A stretch of 64,000 nucleotides of DNA, taken from assembly GCF_009914755.1 (NCBI RefSeq), contig NC_060930.1. One strand, given 5' to 3'. Of the stretch, positions 49,096 through 64,000 are shown piece by piece (within the stretch, counting starts at the first letter, position 1; each line of letters begins with the position of its first letter). Made by a program: the position numbers and the translations under genes. The notes beneath the pieces were generated by a model. The model was not told the origin of the DNA. It made no database searches and was given only the letters and a program-made list of their open reading frames with translations. The DNA comes from the human T2T-CHM13v2.0 reference genome, Homo sapiens.

Positions 49096-49392
49096 TGGAC
49101 ACCGTGCAGAAGTTTCCTTCTCAATGGATCAGCATTGTTTCTGGAGCAAGCTTGTACTGACTTGAAAGAACAGATTGGGTGCCTTTCTTCCCGGTTCTGT
49201 GTTCAGTGATGTCATGTTGGTAGCCTCAAATCAGCCATGATGAGAGAATGTACTCCATGGAAATTGGCAAATACTATAAATCAATTCCCATTCCCTGCTT
49301 CCCTCCAGGCAGTTGTTAAAATAGTACCAGCACACCACCGTTTCTAAAGAATCAAATGGGCTACAGGTTGGTTATGCAGTTCAAAGGGCCGG

Positions 49393-49857
49393 TGTAGGGG
49401 TTAAAGATGGCCAAAAATTCTTTGTCACTCTCCCTGAATGAGAGAAGTCTATTTTGGAATTCTGGCTAGCCCTGGTACTGTTCAACACAATAGAAGTGAC
49501 AATTCCAGGCCTGTCCTTTGAGAAGACTAGCAACTTTTATTTCTCTCTTCTTGGAACTCACACTTCTGTGAGAAAATCCAAGAAGCTTCAGTGATAAGTC
49601 CACATAGAGACAAATGAGGTCACTAGGTGGTAATAGCTGAGTAGCCAACATCAACTTGCCAGCCGTGTGAATGACGCCACCCTGGAGGTAGATCCTCTAG
49701 CTTCGGGCAAGCTCCCCAGCAGATGCCTTGTGGATCAGAGATGAGCCATCCTCTCTGTGAGCTCCCTGACTTGAAAATAGTCAGCAAATAAGTAAGAGTT
49801 GTGTTTTAAGCCACTGAGTTCTGGGGTGTTTTATATAGCACCAGATGACTGAAACAT
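49393..49857 (+). mobile_element. MLT1 (F-H-like) LTR
   Basis: catcaacttgccagccgtgtgaatg...ttttaagccactgagtt. Confidence 0.7.
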
Positions 49858-50520
49858 CTAGGTAATAAGCAACTTTGTGGGTGTCTGCAGATGGCCAGGA
49901 TTGAGTGAGTTCTGACAGGTTGGACTCCCTTGTAGTCTGAGCCTCATACATTTACTCTGGTAGCGAAGAGATGCTAAGTGTTTGCGTTTCCCATAGTAAA
50001 CAACAATTTTGATAAGTAGAGTCAAAAAGATTACTATTGAATTGGATATGAGGATGAGAGAAAGAGAGCAGTTTCAGATGATTCCTGGTTTTTTTTTTAT
50101 CTGAGCAGCTGGGTGAATGATGGTGCCATGAAAGGCAGTGGGGAAGATTAGTGCAGGAGTGGACTGTGGGGGAGCACCAAGCATTTCGCCCTGGTCAGGG
50201 TAAGTTTGAGATGCCTGTTAGGTAGCACCAGAGGAGATGTCCGATACACAGCAGGAGATATGTATCCAAACTTAGGAGAGTGTTGGTGATAGAGATATAA
50301 AACTGGGAGCCATTAGCTTGTAGGTGATACTTAATGCCACAGATCTCAGGATAGATAGGTAAGAAGGGGATTAGGACTAAGCTTAGGGGGCATCAACATT
50401 TAGAGGTTGAGCAGAAGAGAAGCAACAAGTTAAAAAGGAATGACCAGTAAGGTAGAAGAAGAAACATCGTAGTGTAGCTTTCTAGAGACAATGAATACAT
50501 ACTTTAAGAAGGGAGGACCT

Positions 50521-50957
<437 letters not shown>

Positions 50958-51662
50958 TCAATAAAATGCATTCTAGAGAGAATGAGAGAAGTGAGGAAGT
51001 GAAGACATGCAGGGACAACTTTCAAGGAGTTTTGCTGTGAGCAGGAGCAGAGAAGTGGAGTGATATGGAGTCATAGCTGGAGAAGGACATAGTAAAGGAG
51101 GAAAACATGTAACATATTCGTAGGCTGTTGGGAATGAGAAACTGATGATTCATGAGAGAGGGATAATTTTTGAGGCAAAGGCTCTAAGCAGATAAGAAGT
51201 GATGGAAGTGATGGGAAGGAATAGGTTCACAAGTGAGGGTTGGTCTTATATAAGAGTATGAATATTTCATCCTTTTTACATTGTTAAAGATGTAATGTAT
51301 AGATACAGATGCACGTAGGTTGTTAGATTTAATAGTGGAAAGAGGAGCTGATTCTCATGAAACTGGGTCTATTTTGTCAATGAAATAAAATGCTAGATCA
51401 GCATCAGAGAGTGGGGAGAGGAGATGGTGCTGGTGATTTGAGAAAAGGAGAAAATGTGAAAGAGTTGTCTTAAAAAGTAAGAAAGTCAATTTCCTATTAT
51501 CAATCTAAATGAGCCAAGGGCCTACCTGAAATTTTTTGTCATAAATTAAAGATAGACAATTTGCATGGTCGTATGCTTTTTTCCTCTGCTTCATTCAGCT
51601 GGAAGTGGAGTGTTTAACTGGGATTAGGGTTTTGCCAGACAATGGAGGGAGTAAGTCACCAA

Positions 51663-51665
<3 letters not shown>

Positions 51666-51699
<34 letters not shown>
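51666..51699. repeat. (GT)n microsatellite
   Basis: Direct reading. Confidence 0.95.
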
Positions 51700-51700
<1 letters not shown>

Positions 51701-53856
51701 TAGAATTGTGTCCTATGGAATCAAAACTGGATCAAGAAACAGTAAAAACATAACCTTATGGGTAACGACGTGGGTTGAGGCAGGTGTGCAGACAGGGATG
51801 AAGATAGTGGGAAAATGATGAGAACGATAAATTGAAAGTCCCAATGGGGTCTAAGAATTGCTGGAAGGTGGGTAGTAGAGTAAGGGAGCTGGAAGGACAG
51901 GAGGTGGTAGTCAGAGGGAGGAGGATTTAACCTGAGATTTTAGAGGTGCCGTTCCTGGTGATGATGAGACCGTGGGTATAGCCATGGTAGCGGTTGGCTA
52001 AGGTAGGTTGGAAAAGTGGTCTTTGGAAGTGAGGAGATTAAAGAATTGCAAAGCCAGGGTGATGGTAGATTGTCCCTGTAAAGGCTGAAGTTTCCAGGAA
52101 TGATCACAGAAGTATTGGTAGAAAGGAAGACAGTGAGCCAGGGATGAAAAATCAGTAAATGAAGGGGAGTGATCCCGAAGTCAGTAGTTGAAAGCATTGA
52201 GAACGGGATATGGGCGGTATGGTCTGATGGCATGTTTTTCTTTTCAAAATGTGACAGTTTTGATAGAGGAGAGAGGAGACATGGTCTGGAAGCCACAACA
52301 GAGATACACCAGCTTGAAGTCCTGTGCAAGAGGTGTGCAGGGAGGAACTCAGACTTCACTTTCAAGAGCTACAAGGGAAGCTAGGGGCTCATTCCTCTAC
52401 GTCGCAATGCTCCCCTTTTCTAATAAATATTCTGTAACTCTCGAGCCGTGTTCTACTACAAGGATAAAGGGAAAGTAACTTACAATAAGATGGTTTCATG
52501 TAGACATATAAAAATGTTTAGTTATGACTGTGGACCCGTGGAGGGGACATTGCAGTGTGACAGGTGCCCGGGCAGACTGTTAGAGGTGTGCTGCCTTCCA
52601 GGGTGAGAGTTTCTGAAATGGTGTGCAACTCTTAGGAAGTGCATGAGACAAAGACCAGTTCAATGTACACGGAAGCTTGATGTCTGGACAATTCAGTGTA
52701 TTTTGAAAGTGTGTGAAAAATACTTTGGGTGTGTATGTAGACTAGGGTTAAATTACAGGTTCAGATAATGGTAAGCAGTTTCTAAATTGTGGGACTGCCC
52801 GGCAGGATACAAGGCGATTCTTCATTGTGAGGGACTGTTAGTGCTCATTGCAGCAAATCCTATCACCCTGGTGGAAGCAGCGCACAATCATTTTGATGAC
52901 TAACGTTTCAGATTTCCAAAATGCCTCCTAAGCACTGAGTGAGCGCGACAAGGGAAGGCTCAGAGATGAAGCTGCAGATACAGGGGGCTTTGCTGATGAC
53001 ACCTTGTGGGTTTCAGAGGGCAGACTGAGAGCTTTGGGAGGAAGAAGATGTGGAGGGGCTCACTGAAATGAGGGTATGTTCAGGGCCCTGGGGATAAGGG
53101 CCGAGGTGGCAGGAGGCTGAGCTCCCTGTGGTGCTGGTAGGTCACAAACAGAGGTGTGAGGCGTGACAGGAGCTACCTCCAGAGGTCTCTCTGGGGAAGC
53201 TGGGGAATCAGGTCAAATTACAGCTCCCTTCTCAGGATGGGCCCCTGCAGGCAGATAGCCGTGGAGAGGCCAGGCTGTGTTGAGCCTGGGGCAGGGCCCC
53301 CTCAAGGGAGTGTTTTTTTCCTGCGTTTCCACAGAGCCTTCATAGAAGTCAGCTTAATGGCTGCATAGTGTTCATGAATTATTAAACCATTACTCTGATG
53401 TTGAAAATTTGTTTTTTTTCCTTTTTTTTTTTTTGCTACTTAGTTACAGAGATAGTTTCCAAGTCTGTATCTTTTTGCTCCAGTTTAGATACCTCCTGAA
53501 GATAAACCTCTAGGAGTCCAGGGGTCCAAGCATCTTTATAATTTTCTTCATGCTACCATTTGCTATCCAGAAGGATATTTTAAAACTAATTTATAACGCC
53601 ATCAGAATTTGTGAGCATATTGGTTTCATTGCTAGCTCATCAAAGTTGTCATTTAAGATTTTTCTTCTTAACACTGGTGGTTATAAAATGCAATCTCAAG
53701 ATTGCTTTTAATGTCAGTTCTTTCATTTTCAGCAAAAAGGATTTTTCCATGTTTGTTTATTCTTTGTATTTCATCACCTCTGTGTACTTCCCTTTTTAGG
53801 TCTCAATATTTTTGCTGTAAATTTGAATGAGCTCTTGCGTGCATGTGCGCTCGCAT

Positions 53857-53857
<1 letters not shown>

Positions 53858-53888
<31 letters not shown>
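53858..53888. repeat. (CA)n microsatellite
   Basis: Direct reading. Confidence 0.95.
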
Positions 53889-53892
<4 letters not shown>

Positions 53893-54028
53893 TCTGTCAT
53901 TACTGATGGAAAAGCCTACCTTCTGCACTCCACCCCTGCCTCATCCCCCACCAGTCTGTTTTCCTTTTTGACACTCTGCTTTTGATGAAAAGCTAGGCAT
54001 TTATTATTAATAAGTTATGTTCCTAAAA

Positions 54029-54184
54029 CAGTGGCTCTCAACTTTGGCTGAACACCGGAATCACCAGGAGAGCTTTAAAATCTACTGATGTCTGGGTTTC
54101 ACTTCTGATTTAATTGGCCTGGGCATTGGGGTTTCTAAAAGCTCCCCGGGTAATTCTAATATGCAGCCAAGGTTGAGAGCCACG
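54029..54184. mobile_element. MER5A-like
   Basis: cagtggctctcaactttggctg...gccaaggttgagagccac. Confidence 0.8.
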
Positions 54185-57100
54185 ATCCTAAAATTTGTAA
54201 ATTGGTTGTTGGGTTAAAATGAAGTGGGAAGTCGTGGCAGTGAGAGGATTAAGGGGTGAGAACGGGACCGCAGCGGGTGATGGTGGAACAAGGTCCTGTT
54301 GAGGGTGGGAGTCCAGCCTTCCTGCTAATGTAAATAAGTTTTGAGCATATTTTTTGGTTCTAATGAATGCCTGCGTTTTGTTGTTGCTGTTGTTGTTTGT
54401 TTTTTCTGACTTAACCCAGAGCTAGGCTGCCTGCTTCTTCTGATTTCCCAACTATCTCTTCTAACCAAATCCTTTCCTCAAAGACTCCATTGTGGGACAG
54501 AGCCCACCCAATCTTGTAGCTCATTTCTATACACTCAACTCTGAAACAGTCACACGGCCTTTTAAAAGAGAATTGGAGTGTAAGAGGCTCTCGGAATTTT
54601 CCTCAGCCCTCTCCAATTCCCTTTTCTCTTTTTGACTTACATGTTAGAGACAGCAGTCAGCATATGTGTTCTGAATGTCCCCAGTTCTCACTAGCTTTGG
54701 CTAATAATGAGGTTGCAATAATCTTAATGCCCAATTTTGCTGATTTGCTGCTTCCTCTGATTGGTAAGGACTATGACTTTCCTTCTGAGACTTCTTGCAG
54801 TTAGTTTTAGGAGGCTCCAGGATGTAAGGATGTGTCTTCCATGTGCTTAGGAGCAAGCCCACTCACATTTTCTACTTTGGCATTCTCACTGACACCAACC
54901 CCTTTAAGAGTGGTTCTGCCTCTGCCAGGAGCCCTCTGCTGCCTTCGGTGCTACCTTAGTTTATGTAAGACCATCCCTATAAACATCCACATTTCAGAAC
55001 AAACCCTGACTGAGGCTCCACAGGGCATTTCATCACAGACTAATACGTGAGCTCTGGGACGAGGAACAGGAAGGGCTTCTAGAGAGGGAGATGAGGAAAT
55101 GGGACCCAGCTGGGGTCTTGGTCAACAAGGCAGATACTGGGGTGATGGGGCCTCCTTGTGCCCTTCTTACTCCCCAAACTGCACCCTGGGTTGGGATGGA
55201 GCAGGGGCAATCGCAGAGAGCAAGCGGAAGACGAATGGGAGGGAAAGTGGTGGAAAAGCAAAGCTATTATCCCCACTGGCCACCTACAAGAGTCTTAGAA
55301 CACCTTTGGAGGCTAAATTCCTTGAGGGCAGGAACTCTGTCTTGTTGGTGTGTTTCTACAGAGTCTAGTGCGTTTCCAAAGTAGGTGCATAGTAAATAGT
55401 TATTGAACAAATCCATTGAGTCATGGGATTGCCCAAGTCCTACTTCACTGCTTATATGTTAGATTTTCTTGCCAGTTGACTTACTACCCAACGCTTCTTT
55501 CAGGGTTTTAAAAATAATTGAATTCTGCTCAAAAGCTGTATCAGGGGAGATAAAATCACAGTTCAGCCATCTCAACATTGAACTGATTATTTACTACTTG
55601 AATCAATGTGTAATATTCTGTTTGCTGGTCTGTGGAAGAGGGTTAATACTGGCCATTTTCACAATGCTGTGAGAAAAATAAGAATTGTTTAAAAATGAAA
55701 CCAGAATTAACTGGAGCAACACCTAATTTATTATCCTGAATTAGCCAGACACTATTTGCTCTCTCTCACCTTTTGACTTGGATGACAGACAAATGGCAAG
55801 CAAACATTAGATGTGCTATGTATTAGATGTATATTATTTGAACTTTTTGGAACAACAACTTCTAGAGGATACTCTGGATATTTTAAAATGCTTTTCATAA
55901 GTTTAAATAAGAAATATTGTTAAGATTCTGAATCATTAAATGGTACTTTGTATATTTAACTAATGTGTACTTAAACATTTAAGAAGATTTTAATAATAAA
56001 AATAAAACAAAATGACAATTTTTTGCTTAATCAAAACAATGTAACTATCCAGGATACTTTATTTTCTGCTGTTGCAAGAGGTTTAGATTTTATTGTAAAA
56101 AATAAATGTCTGTAAGCCCAGTGTCTAAAGTCCTATCTTCTAGAATTTGCCAGAACACATGCCTATTATTGAGATTATTGGGTGTATTTTAAATAATTTT
56201 TTATCATTGATAGTAAACAACTTGGGATATTTATGGAACTGAAACATTTTTAAGCAAGCACTTTTGCATTTTTCAATAGAATGATCAAGTGATGTCTGAG
56301 AAGTTACTGCAGTTACTGTTGATTTAGAGTTCTATTTCTTAGAGTACAGTGGGCTAGGTATTTGGATGCTTTTACTAAAAGCAATTATAAAATCTTGATA
56401 ATACAGTATAGAAAAATATATGTTTCTTAAACATGGAACGGTAAAAAATATTGTAAAGAGTTATCAGGCCAATCTTAGTGAAAGCAAGAAGTCTGAGAGG
56501 AAAACTACTTTTGCCCTAAAGGCATTTGCTGAACTGCTGAACCAGCAAAGTTTTAAAATTTTTATTTTGGGGTGTGTGTGGTGGTTGAAGGGATTCAGAG
56601 GACAAAAAAAAAAAAAAATAAAGCTCAGGGCTTGACCAGGGTAGAATGTCTAATGGGAGATCCCACCCATCAAACTGGGGTCCCAACGGGCTGGACCCTC
56701 AAGGTACAGGTTAATCAGAAATGAACACGTCACTCCTACCTCCACTTCCAGTGGACTGCAAGGAAAGTGGCTTTTGTCCTGAGCAGAACCAGTGTTAGGG
56801 GAACTGGCCCTGACACATCTTAGCCACAAAAATCTGTCCACATGCATTTTTTTAAGTACAAATTTTATATTATTTGGGTGGTTAAAAAAAGCCACCCTAA
56901 ATTTAGATTAAGGTGGTCTGGGATTGGTGGTGGCCTTGGCAAGCTGGGTAGAAGCAGTGGCTGTGTCTCTCTGGATGAACGTAACAGGCCTCAAAGAAGT
57001 CCCACAAATAAGTTTCCATTAAAAATGAACAGCTCATAGTAAAAACATAAGTACACAAAGAATTGGTACCATGACGGAATAGAACCAATAGAAAAAACAG

Positions 57101-57345
57101 ACAGGAGAAATAGATCTACAAAGGCTTTAAATAATAGATTATTATTTGAGAAATATAAAACCATCATGCTTACTATGTTTCAAGAAATAAGACAAGCTTG
57201 AAAATATTTACATAGAACAAGAAAATTAATTTTTTTATGTGTGAGATTTTGAAGTGTGTTTACTAGTAGACTAGACATTTTAGATTATGTCATATAAAAA
57301 TAGCGGTTCGTAGACAACCCATCAGTGACAGAACATTGGCTGCCA

Positions 57346-59187
<1,842 letters not shown>

Positions 59188-59847
59188 AAACAAAAAATTT
59201 TAAAAATAGATAAGTAATTTTGAAAAAGAACCAAATAGAACTTCTAGAGAAACAATAATTGAAATTTAAAGCCCATTGTATGGGCTAAAACCAGACAAAG
59301 ATAAAGAGATAATTAATGAAATGGAAGCTAGGTCAGAATAAACTACCCAGTTTGATTTTTTTTTTTAGTCTTTATATCATCAGACACAACGTTCTAGGTC
59401 TTATATGGAAGGGATAAATTATAGTAATAGACTTTCGTGCATTAGAAATTAAATGTGGCATTTACATGTACAGTATCTCCCATATGTGTAATATGGGTAA
59501 TTCTGGTGAACTTGCAACATTAGATGAAAAATTGAACTTTATGTGAGACTAAATTAGAATAGTGTTCATTTTTAAACTTTTATTGTCTTCCAAAGTACCG
59601 CATGTCCAGATTTTACTCATTGTACAAGTCTTCCTTTTTAAAGTGTTTTAGCCACTTTATTACTTTCTTACATTTGGTCTACCTTGAATTATAGCTACAT
59701 ATATTATATACTTGTTTCGTATTAGACTAAGTTCAGGGACTCTACTGGGTACACTGCCTGGCCTAGCAGCTACTTTAAAACATATCTAGGACAAGAAAGA
59801 AAGGAAGGTAGGAAGGAAGGAAGAAAAAGCAAGCAAGAATGAAAGAG

Positions 59848-60155
59848 GGCCAGGTGTGGTGGCTCACTCCTGTAATCCCAGCACTTTGGGATGCTGAAGC
59901 AGAAGGATTGTTTGAGCCCAAGTGTTCGAGACTAGCCTTGGCAACATAGCAAGACTCCATATTTACAAAAACAAAACTAAACAAAACAAAAGAATTTAAA
60001 ATTAGCCAGGCATGGTGGTGCACACCTGTAGTCCCAGCCACCCAGGAGGCTGAGGTGGGAGGATTTCTTCAGCTTGGGAGGTTGACATGGCAATGAGCCA
60101 TGATTGTGCCACTGCAGTCCAGCTTGGGAGACAAAGCAAGAACTTAGATCTGGAA
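59848..60155 (+). mobile_element. AluJ followed by a GA-rich tract
   Basis: Diverged dimer. Confidence 0.9.
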
Positions 60156-60499
60156 AAGAGAGAGAGTCAGGAGGCGGAGGAGGAGGAGGAGGGGAGAGAG
60201 AGAGAGAGAAGAAAGAAGAGAAGGAGAAAGTAGAGAGGAAAGACAGAAGGAGAGATGAAGGGAGGAAGGAGACTTTCTAACTAAATATAGAGTAACTATA
60301 AATGGATTTCTTTAAAGAAGATGTTTTTGTAAGAGGATAAGGAGAATATAAAATAAATGCAGGATTATAAATGAGCAATTCGGGAACTGCCTCTCAGGAG
60401 ATGTAGATTTAGAACTGGCAAAGCAGGTAACGTACACTGAAAGGGGAAAATATACTGGCATTAGAAAGGCAAGAATGACTTGGTAATTTTTAAAAAGAA

Positions 60500-61670
60500 G
60501 AACTTTTAATATGGAACAAATTATAATGAATAATGGCAGGAATCAATTATAACATACTAAATTTAAAAAAGAATCCGTGAGTCTTTACTGACTAAAAAAG
60601 TTTATAAACAGTGGGGAGGGGAGGTAAAAAGCTTTGTAAAAGATGCCAACTAGTGAACATGGAACAATTATAGAAACAGAAGATTACCACTTTAAATCCG
60701 ACATAGCAATGGATTCAGGTGAAAATCATCAATGGGTAACAAAATACAGAGGTGAAAGATTGTGGGGGAACAGAATACTTACACAGTCTCAAAGTGTCCC
60801 CCACAGATTTCATATTAATTACAGAGAGAATAAGATATCTTTGCAGTGGAGAAATTTAGGGGACACCCCCTAAACACACGGTCAAACTTAACATCACCAA
60901 TTATGGCACAAACAAGCATCATGTGTCCCAGGTGGGATGTAATAGGAAGGACACACACCCTCTGTGTATTAATTTCAATCATATGAAGTTGCTGATATTT
61001 GACTGACTTTGGTTTACAAAAATGACGGTTTCATATGATGCAACCTAATAATATTTCTATTGTTTAGCATGAATTTAATCATGAATAAACAACCAGAGAA
61101 ATCCAAATTGAGGGCATTCTGCAAAATAAACAACTGGCCTGGACTTTTAAAACAATGTCGATGCCATAATTAAAAAAAAAAAAGGCAAAAAGAGGAGAGG
61201 CTCTTCTAGACTAAAGGAAGGTAGAGAGACACAACAATCAAATACAATGATGCTCCTTGTTAAGATCCTAGATTGGGGGAATTTAGCTGTAACAGACATT
61301 GTTGAGATACATTTGAATGTAGACTGTATATTAGATAATAGTATTATATCAGTTGTGAAATTTTATGAATATGAGAATTATACTGTGGTTATGAAAGAAG
61401 GTGTCTTTGTTCTAAGGAGATATATGCTGAAGTATTTGGGGTGAAGGGTTATAATATCTGCAAATAACTCTGTAAAGTTTCAAAGATTCAGCAACAAAAA
61501 ATGAATGTGTATATGTATGTATGTGTATGTATCACACACACAGAGAGAAGGCATAAATGTGGCAAAATATGAACAAACAGCCAATCTAGATGAAGGGAAT
61601 ATAGATATTCATGGTACTTTTCTTGCAATCTTTCTGTAGGTTTGAAAATTTTCAAAATAAAACATTGGAG
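60500..61670 (+). mobile_element. Old L1M (MD/ME-like) 3' region
   Basis: gtactttttcttgcaa-like end; ttttcaaaataaaa terminus. Confidence 0.65.
60967..61050. mobile_element. MADE2-like mariner MITE
   Basis: Palindromic tatta..caatcatatgaa ... ttcatatgatgcaacctaata. Confidence 0.65.
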
Positions 61671-62779
61671 GGAGGAAGAAAGAATTGTCATTATTTTCAT
61701 TTAGGGTATGAATGCTGGGCTTTGGGGTGCTTTCCTACATGGAATCTTTTGACTCTATGACCACATGTATAGTGACTGGGATAATTTTTTTTAAAAAGAC
61801 CCAGTTGAAATAGAGATGATGTTCCCTACCCATAGAAAAATGATGAGATTTTACTTTACTGCTAATGGAACCACCAAGCAACGGGCTTAGTGTTGGTGCA
61901 TTTGTGAATAGAGTCCTGCTTTGCCCAGTGCAGCTGTCCACTGGCCCCTGAAAGTCCCTAAGTCCATCTTCATCTGTGCACTAGTATAAAGCTCTCTCAG
62001 GGACTTAGAGATTTAAAAAAATACTGAGTTTTACCGGGATCTTAGAGCTATTGGGAAACTAAGATTTAATAAAACAATTGCAAAATTGGAGATAAGAAAA
62101 AATTATCTTTGCTAAAAATAGAGACAAATAGTTCAATCTCCAATTTTTGAAATAGAAGAGTTGGGTTTTGACTGGAGGGTTGAGGGCTTAGGGCAGGCAC
62201 TGGGTTCTTCCCTTCGCTTTGTCTGTCTACCTCAGTGTTGTGGACCCAGAGGTAGAAAGGAAAGGTTGAAAAAGCCTTCTCTCTTTCTCTCCTTAGAACT
62301 TTATCTTTATCTGGGCACCTCCTTGTTATTTTAGCTCTAGTTTGCCACTTCTCATGCCAGGCTTCCTGCTAAGACTGTCTTTGTTTTTTCCCTGGCCTTC
62401 AGTCAAGTTTTCAGCTCTTTGCAAGACCCTCTTCCCGTCTGCTCTCCCATCCTTCACTCTTTTCCTTCTGTCTTGTCAGCTTTCCCTTTGTCCTTTTGGC
62501 TTTCCTCCTTGCTCTTCCTGCCAGCCAGTCTGTACTGTTTCCCCCTGCCCCATTCCTGCTCTCATTTTCAATAAGATTACATTTATTTGGGAGATGGAAA
62601 TAGATGGATGAAAGGGAAAGTCATCTTTTACTGCATGCGTATATGTGCACACACACACACACACAAAGATGATGGTAAGGTAAGGTATTGCTAATATAAG
62701 GAAAGATCTTTCCATTGGAGTTTTGATTTCTCTAAAAAGTTTTTAAAGGCTTATTTAAAAAGAACCAGATTAACCTTAA

Positions 62780-62995
62780 ACTACAGGTTGTAGATCTGGG
62801 TTGAAAACCAGCTTCATCACTCCCAGTGTGAATTTGGGCAAATCATTTCCATTTTTTTTTTAATCTGAGAAATGGATATATTGAGAGTGCTTTCCTCAAA
62901 GCTTTGCTATCAGGATTAAGTGAGATAATGCACTTAAAGTACCTGGCAGATAACCCCACAAAGGTGGGCTCTCTATGAGAGCTTGCGATTATCAT
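62780..62995 (+). mobile_element. MIR
   Basis: tgtgaatttgggcaaatcattt...ggattaagtgagataatgc. Confidence 0.7.
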
Positions 62996-64000
62996 TAGCC
63001 CCTTCAGGCCTTCACTGGACCAGCACAGTCAGACACAGATGAATCTCTTCCTCCTTAAGACTCCTGCAGCACAGTTATTTGCCCCATTTTTTAGGCTGCC
63101 CTTTCTTGTCTTTCTGCCTACTTGCCTCTTCTCTCCCTCTCACACTTCTCATTCTCTCTTCTTTCTTTTGATATCTTCTTCCCTTCCTACCTTTCTTGTT
63201 TACTTTTTCCATCTTCCACCCTCCTACAAAGACTAAAAAAAATCCAACATAAAAAGTTAAAATTTATATAAAGTTGAAGGGAAAATGGGTGAAGGGAAAA
63301 TGAGGGTAGAGATATCATAAAGCTGGGGTTAAGAGGAGAGGCATAAATGCATACCATGGTTAGGCATAATTGCTAGTTGGGGGCTACCACTTTACTGAGT
63401 TTCCTAGCAGCCAAAGGAAAGATGGAAACAAATAATTAAGAGTAGTGAGGTCCATGAGATGGAGGAAATACGTAAAAACTGTGGTTCCTTCCCTGAGCAC
63501 TTCTGTGGATTCTCATAAAGGGGACCCTAAGTGGTGTAAGCAAGTGATGTCTACCATAATAATGCATCTCCTTTCATCATGGATATAGTAATAAACCAGA
63601 GAACTGTTTCCTATGATGCTTTTCAATATAGGCTGATGATGTACAGCTGAAGTTCAATCCTGTAAAAGCATTTTTACAAGGAGTTAAATTGTGTACTATG
63701 TGTATGCAATCCTCTGAGATCTGGCATGCCGCAAGGATAGAGTTTAGAATACATACAGGAATAAATAGATCTGTGTCCTTCAGGCAATTCTCTATAGATA
63801 CTATCTCTAGCAATCAGGCTTTTGAAAAGTATAAGAAAGTAGAGTTCAAGGCAAACCGCTGAGTATGGATACCGTCTGTCATTGATGAAGGGCAGAGAAA
63901 TGTTATTGGATAATCAGTCAGGTAGACAGTAAGACTAAGACCATTTTAATGAAAATTAAAAGCCATGCAAACACACCTGCCTGAACAGAACCATGCCATT

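Overview
Human non-coding DNA (intergenic or intronic); the species call rests on a near-consensus AluYa5 with a target-site duplication (TSD). I recognise no host protein-coding exon, RNA gene or CRISPR array, and I cannot name the locus. The window is dominated by transposons: the 5' 4.1 kb of a young L1 (L1PA2-like, minus strand), a full-length degenerate L1PA7-like element, an L1PA15/16-like fragment, about 10 Alus, an MLT2A/HERV-L remnant, MaLR LTRs, L2, MIR and DNA-transposon MITEs. Most ORFs in the supplied track are repeat-derived noise. Structure the repeats do not explain: (i) a 226-bp, 97%-identical inverted repeat bracketing a 556-bp unique spacer; (ii) three locally templated insertions, each about 1.3 kb downstream of its apparent donor, two of them inside Alus; (iii) fold-back hairpins in old L1 sequence; (iv) the young L1 has an apparently open ORF2 with endonuclease D145G, an ORF1 broken only by a 1-nt-short A14 run, and an upgraded ORF0 splice donor; (v) a candidate ancient L1 3' transduction. 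Subfamily names come from remembered consensus sequences, and old-repeat boundaries are approximate.
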